Source: Mesotaenium endlicherianum (lineage: Eukaryota). From it: DNA of 44,604 nucleotides. Both the position numbers and the translations under genes were made by a program. Shown here piece by piece: positions 29,269-41,700 of the stretch; within the stretch, counting starts at the first letter, position 1; every line of letters begins with the position of its first letter. The stretch lies in NCBI GenBank assembly GCA_009602735.1, contig WELA01002318.1:271939-316542 (forward strand). The letters are read 5' to 3'. The notes beneath the pieces were generated by a model. That model did not search any database. It was not told the DNA's origin and worked only from the letters and a program-made list of their open reading frames with translations.

Positions 29269-32200
29269 ATTTGTATGAAGCGGCACAATTCGGCATTGCG
29301 CTCACACTCGATTGCATTCGATCTCCCATTTATTCGTCAATCCGGCTTATAAAATAGTCGACGGGACTTCTTACTGCACCAGGGTACCCGGTACATATAA
29401 GGATGCATTTAATAAAGCCCGCAATTGCCAGCGCAGGCCTGTCTTCAGCTACTTGCCGCCTTGCAGACGAAAATATATCCTCTTCCCTACAGAGCCAGCC
29501 CTAGGTTCGCCCGCCGCCTCAAGAATTCCATCGCAACGCCTGCCCGGAAGCGAAGATGCCGAGTCCCGACTCCCGAGTCCTGAGTCCTGACTCCGGAGGC
29601 CCCTCCTCTGCCCCTCCTGCGTCCTCACCTGCTCCCCGCTTTCAAAAATCCTTGGCACTGATATCGTTTGCTGCAGGCTCATGTTTAGTGGCTCCCGACT
29701 CCCGAGTCCTGAAGGTTGCTGATTCCTGACGTGCTTGCTGAAGCAGATTGATGATTCCACATGATTGCTGTGATAGCTTTTCCCAAGTGTTGGAGGTCAA
29801 GCCAAGGCAGTCGTGTGCTTTAGCGATTAGCCACATGAGAAATGGGCCAATACCAGGGGGTCGATGCACGACTGGAACCTGGAAGTCGAAGGCGTGTGCT
29901 TCAAAGTCCAGACAGTTCGATGACGTGACAAGCGACAAATTTTTCCAGGCTCCAGGCTCAACGTCGACTGATGGGTGGTGGTGTACATATTCTTATGATC
30001 ACCCTATTGAATATTGAGTCGCTTAAAGTATCATGCAACGTCGACATCCCTTTCTTTTCTGCCAATTTTTGCCCCAAAATAAATGTCAGATGACATGTAC
30101 ACGATTAAAGTGGTCGCAATCGGACCATACTCGATCCGGAGTGGTACACTGAAGCAGAATTTTGCGGCTCACCAATAAGAACTCAATCTAAAAACGTGTC
30201 AGCCGTAAAGTTTGTCATTGAGCACAAAAGCGCGCATGTTGCAACAATGAGCCAAGCGACATTTCTCTGCACTCTCTTACACTATTCGGGTGTCAAATAG
30301 TCAATTTTGATATCATGTAGGAATCATTCTTTGAGCTGATTCCAAAAAATTTGTTTCCTTGGCGTCACTGTGTACTGCCAAGTTGTGCCATGTCTTTTTG
30401 ATGTATTATCGAATTTGGACGCCCCTTCGGCCTCTCGCTCGCCATGGACGGCCGAGGCCAGAGGTGCCAAAATTTGCGCGTCCAGTGCCCACTCTGAAGT
30501 AGTTTATCAGGCGTCGGGGGACTTGGAAGAGCTCCGGAGCCCTTTGTCCGCACTTCCTTGTCTACTTGGTGCCACCCTTTGTCTTGCATGAACCTACTTT
30601 GGAAATTTCCAGGGCATGCGCGCATGCCTTGATCCACCTACTACTTCACAACACCCTGACCCCATATCACGCCTTTTACTCTGACTTATCTGCAGTGCGG
30701 TGATAACAAGAATGCTCAGCGCATTTGTCGATGCCGCGTTGATTGTCGAGGGGCCTCACTCATCAGATGTTGCACTTGTGTCTCACCTGTTATTAGGCAA
30801 TGGAAGCATAGTGCCAGGAATTCCGTTTCCTTCCAGGATGTACAGTTGTGCATCATGTGCCGGGCTGTATGCAATCGTGGTTGAATCGGGGTGTTAAGCA
30901 CATCCAAGTTGCACACTTGTGTTACTCGCTTTTGCAAGTTTGGCCTTTACCGTGCTTGTCCCGATGGTGGGCAGTGTGCGTCTTCAAGGACCGGCAGAAT
31001 TGAGGGTCCTAAGTGTTATCCTCTACGTGCTCTGAAGGCCGGACGAAATCGTTCTCCTCAGTCACTAAAGTCCTCTCTACGGTATTGTGTGGGCTGTGCA
31101 CTGAGTCGTTGAATTTCCCTCGCAAAATAAGCCTAACAACCTTAGGCCAGAGCCTGCACCCAAGTCTGCTCGACCTGTCTCCCTTTCCAACTACATTTGA
31201 CAACGAGCGGCGAGGTTTATGCAGGCAGAGGCTTCAGAGGGTAGCGATGCCCTGTCGTGCTGGCAGAATTCTATGTGCCTGCTAATCATGCGCGGCCAGC
31301 ACAAGCTTTCTTACCGCCACGTGTCCATTGAGCTGCGATGTTGTCGCATCTTGTGCAAACGTTCTTATCTCTCTTGCCCTCCCCCGCGGCTCGCCCCCAA
31401 TACTAGTACCAGTGTCAATACCCGAACCATCATTCGTCTCAAAGACGTACGCTACAGGTGCTACAACTGAGAACTAAACTGGTTCAGGCATCGCCAAGAT
31501 GGAAGAGTCAATTTAAGCAGGCAACTGAAGCAACGTAGGAGCGCCAGCTGCTACGGCGGCATACTGGGAAATGTCCAGAGAAGAAACTGATGCCTGTCCA
31601 AAGTCCCTCCTGAGCACTCTTGCTTGCATGGGACTCACAAAGGGGCTCCAGCATGCGCTGGTGAAAAGAGGTCGAGCTGGTGCATGTGCAGCAAGCGAGT
31701 CCATTCTGTTCAGTGTATTTCAAATAATGTGAGGCTCTAGTGTGTGGTTTCATAATAATCACGACAGACAGTTGCACTGGTGAGCACGATAAGAAGTCCA
31801 CAAACTTCCTCTCTCAAAAAAAGATGAAGCAGGAAGAATAGCAAGAAGAATAGCAAATACTCGACCTAACATCAGCTAGCTAGCTTCCTGTCTAACCGAG
31901 GGCCTATTCTATTTCACGTGCCAAAGTGTCCAATGTGTGAATATTCCGCTCAGATGTAGCACCCTGATATTGACAGCTGGCAGAATAGCATCCATGTACG
32001 AAGTTACGAACATAAACTGGCACTCATCACTGCAGATATACATAAAAATTGCGCCCAGCTTCCAGCAATTTATACCCAATCAAGTATGTCCTCGTTAACG
32101 TAACATAAAGAGCAAATGCGCCTAAAGAGTTTCATAAAAAGGAGGTACAATGAAACAGAACGTAGACACATTTAATAAGCACACTTACTTTGCTTCCAGA

Positions 32201-32617
32201 TATGACGTGAATAGGCTCATGCTGTATTGCTTAGATTGAAAGGTAGCCTTTGGCTGACTAGCGGCGGTCTTGGCTGTGTAACACCTAATTACCCCAAACG
32301 TGCAAAAAAGGTTTTCTACACTTGCCCAAGTTTGAGATGTTTGTCAGCCTTTAGGCGGTCCATTCACCATCCACCTTACAAGCATTCTTATTTGCGAGCT
32401 GGCAATGATGTTGCTGACAATCTTATTGGTTCTTCTCGCACAATTACCGGCCGAAGGAATTATCATCTGTCTTCCGGAAGCTCCACCATTGCAACGCAGT
32501 TTCAGCACCTCCGCAAGACTCTTCAGTAGCGCCCGCCCCGGTCAAGAAGCCGACGTGCACTCATTCGTGTGGCGTTATCTCTAAGCACAAGCACCAGCAC
32601 CAGCACAAGCGCGCTCG

Positions 32618-35600
32618 CTATCTAGCCTCCATGTACGAATAATCTCGAGATCCCGAGTAGGCCCGTGCCATGTGGCCATCCGGACAGGACCTAGAATCTG
32701 CAGCTCCCCGGGCACCTTGATCTCCGCTCCCGGATGTGATAGCCGACAAGCCAAACCCATCACTGGAGCCAGAGCCGGAGCCGGAGCCGGAGCCGCCATC
32801 GCCGGCTGCTGGCCCTCTCACAGAGTAGGGCTGAGATGCGGTGAGTGAGGACTGCACGTTCTTCAGCGCGCGCACAACGTCGTCAATCGGCGGCCTCTTC
32901 CGCCCGTCACGCTCGACGCACTTCAGCGCCAGGACCACCAGAGCCTCCGCAGCGCTGGGCGGGAGCGACGCCCCAAGTGACTTGTCCAAGATGGAGTGTC
33001 GCCCGCCCTCCTCCGCCTTTGCAGTCGCCTGCGAGACACACCGCCGATCGAGCCCTCTCGTGAGATCCCCAGGTGCGCTTGCTCTGTCACTAGCGAGGCA
33101 TCCCTCGCCAACACACGCTCAGATACAATTGCGCCATCAAGCTCGACGCAGTAGGAGCTGTCGTTGCGGTTGACGGGCAGGGCGTGGAAGCGACATCAGT
33201 GCAGGAGGCACTCTTATTTGCAACCCGGGCAGGGCAGCATAGGCCCTCGGGCCATTTTGGCCACGGGGCCATCTGAGGCCCAAAAACTCTCCTCATTATC
33301 TGTCGGCTCCTCCGCACCATGGACCCTTTCCCACCAAAGGGCAGGGGCAAAGGCATCGCAATAAGGTGTTCTTTCAGTGTGAGGAGAAGCGTGCGAGCCC
33401 TATTTGGACAGGTGGCGGAGGAAGCGATCACGTGCACGGGCTTAATCGCATGCACCGCAGTCCACGTGTCCCGCTGCACAGCAAAGGACAAGGTCCGGAC
33501 CAGCCCCCGGGGGGGCGGCGTCGGCACTGCGCTGCTTACCCAGTCTGCGAGAGTCTCCACGCTGTGGCTCTGGACGTCCGAGGGCTCCACGTCCGAGGGC
33601 TCCCCACTCTCCACCAGGGAGCCCTTCCCTGTCAGAAGCTCCAGCAGCACCACCCCAAAGCTGCACACCCGCATGCCCACACACACACACGCACATGCAC
33701 ACACGCACACACACATATACACACACGCACGCGCGCACGTCCGCCCGCACGCCCGCGTGCGGAGTGCATAGTCAGAAAGTGCTAAATTGCCCTCCAGCTC
33801 TCACCATGACACTAAGCCACGAGCCTCTTAAAACATGCAGAAATAAGTTTGTCCGATGGAGCACAGCCTGCGCGGCATCTGTGCCAGCAGCGCCCCGTGC
33901 ATATGCAGGCCCCAGCAGCAAAAGCCTCATGTTTTTTAACAATAACTGCGCACCGACTTTTCCTTCATTTGGAGTATCAGGCAGATGCACAGGGAAGGGG
34001 CCACACGCCCTGTAGCAAATGCTGCTGTACAATCACAGGCCCACAAAGAGCACAAGAAGGAAAACAAGAAATTTTACTTGGCACGCGCCCCCACGCGCGC
34101 TCGTGCATGCTGCACGCAGCACAAACGACGGAAATTTGAACGGCGATGTATCTGAAGAGTAGACCCTGCCCTGCTTTTGGGGTGAGGCTCAGTCAGAGGG
34201 GTTTTGAGATGCGGCGCAGAAACGAGAGACAGAGAAGCAAGACAGTTGTGGAAGGGAGAGAAGACGCCGCCTCCGTCGGGCCGTGTCCCCACGTCAGATC
34301 AGCCTTGGCATGCAACGTCTGCTGGAGTCAAGTGTCACGTGTCTCGCCATCGCACAGTTGCCAGTTATCACACACACTCCCACACGCACACCCACGCCCA
34401 CACCACACCCACACCCGCACCCCCCCCACCCCACCCCAATCCCCTCACCCCCTACACCCCACCTTAACCCNNNNNNNNNNNNNNNNNNNNNNNNNNNNNN
34501 NNNNNNNNNNNNNNNNNNNNNNNNNNNNNNNNNNNNNNNNNNNNNNNNNNNNNNNNNNNNNNNNNNNNNNNNNNNNNNNNNNNNNNNNNNNNNNNNNNNN
34601 NNNNNNNNNNNNNNNNNNNNNNNNNNNNNNNNNNNNNNNNNNNNNNNNNNNNNNNNNNNNNNNNNNNNNNNNNNNNNNNNNNNNNNNNNNNNNNNNNNNN
34701 NNNNNNNNNNNNNNNNNNNNNNNNNNNNNNNNNNNNNNNNNNNNNNNNNNNNNNNNNNNNNNNNNNNNNNNNNNNNNNNNNNNNNNNNNNNNNNNNNNNN
34801 NNNNNNNNNNNNNNNNNNNNNNNNNNNNNNNNNNNNNNNNNNNNNNNNNNNNNNNNNNNNNNNNNNNNNNNNNNNNNNNNNNNNNNNNNNNNNNNNNNNN
34901 NNNNNNNNNNNNNNNNNNNNNNNNNNNNNNNNNNNNNNNNNNNNNNNNNNNNNNNNNNNNNNNNNNNNNNNNNNNNNNNNNNNNNNNNNNNNNNNNNNNN
35001 NNNNNNNNNNNNNNNNNNNNNNNNNNNNNNNNNNNNNNNNNNNNNNNNNNNNNNNNNNNNNNNNNNNNNNNNNNNNNNNNNNNNNNNNNNNNNNNNNNNN
35101 NNNNNNNNNNNNNNNNNNNNNNNNNNNNNNNNNNNNNNNNNNNNNNNNNNNNNNNNNNNNNNNNNNNNNNNNNNNNNNNNNNNNNNNNNNNNNNNNNNNN
35201 NNNNNNNNNNNNNNNNNNNNNNNNNNCTACACCCCACCTTAACCCCCACCCCCACCCATCCATACACCCGCACGCACAACCACACCCACACATATACACA
35301 CACCTACATATACATATGCAGACAAATCGCGCCTGAAATAGCCACAGAAGCAGGCTCATCACACACATACACTCAGAAAAAGGAGCACAGGTGCATGGGG
35401 ACACAGCTGCAGATGCCGACACACACACGCACAGAGAGAGAGAGGGTGGCACCATACAAACACACTCAGAGAAGGAAAGGGTAAAGAGGGGACATAGAGG
35501 AGCGGTGGAGGGAGAGGGCGAGGGGGAGGCACCTGAAGATGTCAATCTTCTGCGACAGCTTGCCCGTCTTGACGTACTCGGGGTCAACGTAGCCGGGGGT

Positions 35601-36298
35601 GCCCGCCACGCGCGTCTGCTCTTGCGTCTCCTCCACCAGCTTCATCAGCCCAAAGTCCGCAATCTTGGGCTGCGCGCGTCACACAACAGAGGAGGATCCG
35701 TCCGCATTTGCTTGTGGTGTTTACCAGCTGCAGTCTACATAGGCACAGACCTGCCTGACCCCCCCCCCCCCTCGCACTACCTAAGTGTCAAAAATGGACC
35801 CCTGTCACCTCACCATGCCTGCCTGTCGTCCGCTTTCCTGTCCGATGACAGCACCTCAGGGTCAAAAGAAAGCGTTTCTGCGTAGGCACAGGTGTCGGCA
35901 ACCCAGTCGTCATTGCTTAGCAGAACGACGCCAGGACTTCCCGGAGCCTTCTTATACCTTTTCCTTTTCCAAATTATTGGAAGACCTTTGACCAGTCTCG
36001 GCCCTGTTGGGCAGACTGGCTGACAGACAGTCGGACACGCAGACAGCGAAGGTGCACAAGGCGTGTTCTGTGTGCTCTCATGCTTCTGGCATGCACCACG
36101 CTGGCAATTGTGCCGTTTGATGACACGTGGATGAGCTGAGAGGCTGGATGGAGGTCGCACCTTGAGTGGGGATGAAGACGATGTACATATATACCTCTCC
36201 GCACGTAGATATATTCTCCCGTGTACACGTGTGTACATGAATATACATGTGTGCACGTGTACATGTACAGATATATACACATATACACATACATAGAC

Positions 36299-36332
<34 letters not shown>

Positions 36333-38666
36333 GAATATGTATGTACAGTATATATCTATGTATGTTCATTCTTGAACATGTGCAATGATCCTTCCAAAAA
36401 GGACTTGTACAGGGTATCCCAACTCCAGAGGACACTCGCACGTGACAAGTGATCCAACACATACAGAAGGGTAGGTGGAGCGACAACCGGTGCCGGTGCC
36501 GATGCCGGAGCCAGTACCAGTGCCAGTGCGGGTGCTAGTGCCTGTGCGGGTGCCGGTTCTGATCCTCCCTAAGCAGGCGGGGGCGTGCGCACACGAACCT
36601 GCAGGTCCTTGGTGAGGAGGATGTTGTCGGGCTTGACGTCGCGGTGCACCATGTCGGTGCCGGCGTCTTTGTGCAGGTAGCTCAGGCCCTCCGCCACGCC
36701 CACCGCTATCCCCACCCTCTCCAGCAGCGTCAGCGGCGCCCCCTGCGCTCCTGCAAACACCCCTCCACCAGCCCCACCCCCAAGAGGCCCTCCTCCCCTT
36801 CAGTTTTCTGTGGGTCGCCACCCACCCATAGCCCGCCGCTCTCATAGACACGGCTGCAGATGCAGATCCAGATGAAGGCACATTGACAGACAAACAGACG
36901 CATGTGCCTGCGCGCATGCGCACACCACACACACACACACACACAAGTAGCCGCAGACAGAGTTGGGTAGGCAAGAACGCTTGCTCGAGAAAGCACACGT
37001 GAGGGGCGGGATGGAGGGGGACCTTGCTTGCGCAGGCGATCCTTGAGGCTCCCATTGGGCGCGAAGGGATACACCAGGATGTGGGCCTCCTGCGTGGCGC
37101 AGTAGCCCACCAGGCTGAGGAGGTTGCGGTGGCTCAGCTTCGACATGATGGCCACCTGCGCGCGCTCACGCACGCACACATGCACGCACGCACGCATAAG
37201 TGCTTGCATGCACACGCTCGAGGGGCCACTCGCATGGGGGGCGTCGCTCGCTAGCAGGCGGCCCGCAGGCATGTGCACACGCACACACGCACACACAGAC
37301 ACACGCACGCGCGCACGAATATGCACACACATTTGCACAGAGATACACTGAAGTCCACTTTTCCCCGCACACGGATGCACGCACGCACGCGTGCACGCAC
37401 ACAAACGCACGCACCAACGCACGCATGCACAGGGCCCCACGACCGAAAAAAGGCGTGGCGCGCTTGGAGCCCCTTGCTCTGGGGCGGCCTACCTCGCGCT
37501 TGAACTCCTCGAGGTTCTTCGCATTGGCCTCCTTGGCCACCTTGACCGCCAGCTGGCGCCCGTCGGAGTCGTGCGCCTTGTACACGACGCCGTAGCCGCC
37601 CTCCCCGAGGACGTTCGTCTTGCTCAGGTTGTCCGTCATGGCGTAAATCGCCTGCAGGCTGAAGGGAGTGACAGCCGGGTATATCTTGATGGCCCCTTTC
37701 TCGAGGTCGGGCTCGCTGCCGCCCGCTGGCAGACCCCGTCAGATGCACAGGTGTCAGCAGCAGGGCTCCCATGCCGGCGGCCTCAGCAATGCAGCTGGCT
37801 GGAAGCATCGCTTCTATGGCCTAAAGAGTGATGTGCTGCGTACTGAGCCCCATTGTACACCTGGCCAGCCCCAGCACCTTTTCTTTCTCCCCCCTGAACA
37901 ATGACAGCCTTGCCCGCTCTTCCCCGTAGACTCATACCCAATACAACGCTTGCTCTGACGCACACATGCGCCCTCCCATGCAAGCGCGCACGCACGCACG
38001 TGCCCACAGACGGCAGAAGAGTTGCAAAGAAGAGGAGGAAAGAGCTACCGGAAGCCGTAAACCAACAGCAACAGCTAGGTCACCGGGGGGACAGATCCTT
38101 TCCTTGGGCTAAAGCCCTGCACTGCCACCCGTGCCCTCCTTGTTGCAAAGTAGCCGAAAGGCGTCCTTAAATAGCAAGAAGGTAGGTAAGGAATGAGAGC
38201 CGGAAGAATTCAAGACAGTCAGCAGCATCAGGATTCAACCCAGCTGTCATCAGCTGGAAAGAGCGATGCACGGGTCCTGGCACTGCTCCCAAGGTCTCAG
38301 AAACCAGGACGCGCCTCTAAAAGCACACATCTACGGGCCGGGGCCGGGGCCGGGGGCGGGCGTACCTGGGTAGGAGTCGTGGAGGCGGCTCTCCAGCTCG
38401 TTCTGCGACTCCGACTTGGCGGGGCCCTTGCGCTGCTTGGAGCGCAGGCAGCAGCAGGCAAGGACGGCGAGGGCGCCCAGCAGGGCCAGCGCCGCGGGGA
38501 TGCCGACGGCAAGGCCCACTACGGACGACGACGACGACGACTTGCTTGGGCTTGGGCTGCCTCCGGACGGGAGTGGGGGTGTGGATGAGGGCGTGCCCGG
38601 AGGCGGGCTTGGAGCTGGATCTGCAGCACATGCACGCATGCACACACACACGTACACACAGATGCA

Positions 38667-38727
<61 letters not shown>

Positions 38728-41700
38728 ATGCACACACGCACACGCGCACACACACAACACAAAATAGAGGCAAGAGAAAGGCAGAGGGTGAGAGCACAAT
38801 CAAAACTCAAACGTTGAGACCAAGCAAAGGAAATGTATGCTGCTTGAGTTGCTCGGGGTGCTCCAGCACGCAAGGTGATGGGTTGCCTGGCAGTAGGGAA
38901 AGTAAGCTTCTGGGAGGGCCTTGGAGCACCGGGAGGGGGGGGGGCGAGGGGGGGGAGAGAGAGAGGGAACTTAACAAGCTACAAGAGGGGCGGCAAGGGG
39001 GGCGGGAGGCCCTTATGGTACACACCACAGTAGCCATAGCCACTCCAGCAGTTCCCGGGGGCGCAGTGCTTGCTGTCTTCTCCACAGTAGCCGTCGTTGG
39101 AGCAGCACTGGGAGCCCGGGCACGTGGCCACGCCGGCGCCGCACTTGCCACCTGTCACCACACGCACACGCCCGCGTGCTCGAGCGAGTCAGAGGCGGGC
39201 CCACGAGCTGCGCGGATGGGAGCAAGGGAAGGCTCACCACTTGTCGCGTCGCGACAGCAGGACGATTGTGCATAACGACTGAAGGGGCAACCTGGAGGGG
39301 CCAAAGGGGACCTGATGGGGGAGCGGGAGCAGGGGCGGAGCGGGAGCAGGGAGGAGGAAGGGGAGGAGGATGGGCACAAAGGGAGGGAGGAGAAGCTGGC
39401 AGCTGGCAGCTGGCAGCTGGCAGAGGTATTCCATTGCAAGCAAGCTGCTCTCCAGGGCCTCTTCTAAGGGCTCAACAGCTGAGGAAACAAATAGTTTAGC
39501 ACCTTGGGGGGCAGATACAGGACTGTCCGCTGTTGTGATATAGCAAACTTTGAACCGTATTTTGTAATCAGGCGACGTTCTCGGATGGCGCAGCGGCAAC
39601 AGATGGCAGGTGCGCGCGCGCACGTGCACTGGCGTAGGTCAACAGCGGGCTGCTCCTCGGCTGTCAGGCTCTTCTGCAATGCCCCAGGGAGCTTACTGGC
39701 GGCTCTCAGACTGTCCTATAAGCATGACCCCAGAGGCTCCCTTGCAAACAGATGCCTCCCCCAGCACACCTCTTCCTCCTCCCACGCACTTCAGGAGGGA
39801 AGGCTGGAGGCAAACAGCAGCAGGGTGAGTAACGCACGCACACTTGCCCGATTGTAGAAACTGACAGCTGGCAGCTGGTGGCTGGTCGCCAAGTGTTTGA
39901 CAGGAGCATACCTGACTGGGCTATGGGAAGTGACCCGGAAGGAGGGGTAGTTCCAGCAGGTGGCGGAGGAGGTGGAGCATACGTGTCGCCTGCAGTTCGT
40001 CCCAACCCAGATCCAGCGTCCGATTTTGGACACTTAACCAGCGCCGTTGACAACATTGCAACCCCTTTCCTACTAACATAGTCCCGTTTGCACGTGTGTA
40101 GGAGGGCATGCGCATGTGAACACTTGCGCGGTAGTGTACATGCGCGTGCGTGCGTCTGTGGGTGAGTGTGTGCACGCGCGTATGTGTCGTGCAAGCGGTG
40201 TGTGCAAACCTCGCCGTTTTCAAGAAACGCCAGGTGTAACCCAGCCTTCCCCACAGAATTTCCTAAACACGTCCAAGGCAAAACGAGCAGTTTCGAGAGG
40301 ACACTGGCATCTCTCTCCGAAACTTCCTGCGTCCTCCCTGGCAGCACATCTCGCAATGACCCAGCAACAGCACTTCCTGGTGCCCTTCCTACAACAGCGT
40401 TTCCTACACGTGCTGCTGGTGCAGGAAGAGCACAGGAGTGAAACAGTAGCTAACTGCAATGCCTCCTGAGGGTCCCCGCAAGGACCTGCCGATGCTGCCG
40501 CCGCCGATGCCGCCGACGCCGCAGCACCAGCAGTAGAAGCAGCAGCAGAAGGCGAGAGGAAGCGGAGTGGGTTCAGAACAGCCTAGGGGGGGCTAGAGAG
40601 AAGGGGGGGCACTCACTGCAGACGCCGTAGGCGGGCTGGCAGAGGCCAATGCTGCAATGATCTGGCAATAGGCCGCAGTAGTTGCCAGTCGAGCAGCACT
40701 GGGAGGGCGGGCAGGTGGCTACGCCGGAGCCGCACTTGCCGCCTGTCGACACATGAGAGGGAGAGTGGGAGAGGGCCAGATTTGGCAGAGACGTCGGTTT
40801 GCATCAGGAGGGCGGGTGCGGGGTCCTGTTGCGGTAGTCCCTCAACTGGCGGGCCTTCTTTGAGCTGCGATCGGGGTGGTTGGGCTTTGCCTCTCCCCCT
40901 CCAGTAAGACTCTGAGTTATCAGTTTGGTGGCATGCCAATCCGTGGCCCCTTACACTAACAGATGATCTGTTGTGTTGCTCGCGCTCTTTAAGAACACAA
41001 GTGTGCGGCATGGCTCCTGCCGCGCCCCTGCCTTTCCTGCAAACGGTTTTCGTCAGATCTCCAGGAACAAAAGCGAGTTCTTTTCTCCCTGAGCCTCAAT
41101 CTGAAGACCTCGCTGGTGTTGAAAGCGACAGCGGTGCTGCCCCCCTCGTTGTCCACATGCCAAACTCAGGACCAAGCAAAGGCCCCGGCAAACATGTGGA
41201 TAGTTCCAACGCGAGACGCATGCAACTTTATCATGATCACTCGTGACTGTGTGCAGTGAGCATGACAGAACTTGGATAAAAGTCAGTTCATCGATCGCTA
41301 ATTTAAGAGCTCGGAAGCTGGCCCACGTGCGACATATGGCACCAGTAACAGGAGCAACAGGTGAAAGGAGAAGTGTAAGATGGCGATGAATAAGCTCATC
41401 TGAAGAGGCGTGAGTATGCCGAGGTCAAGGCGTCGGATGAACGCGGGTAGGACAGATTACCTACATATATCTTATTTATAGAATAATCAGATATTATATT
41501 ATCATGTATAAAACATAATATAATGTACTAGTATATGTACATCATGTTGTACATTGTACACATGTACACATGTACACATTGTACACATAGACACATGTAC
41601 ACATGTACACATGTACACATGTACACATTGTACACATGTACACATTGTACACATGTTGTACACATGTTGTGACGTACATAAAATATTATATCATGAAGAC

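Noticed and set aside
40220..40459. Cys-rich minus-strand ORF as an extra RLK ectodomain exon
   Set aside because: No hevein Cys spacing and no convincing phase-1 boundaries. The flanking exons already join in frame.
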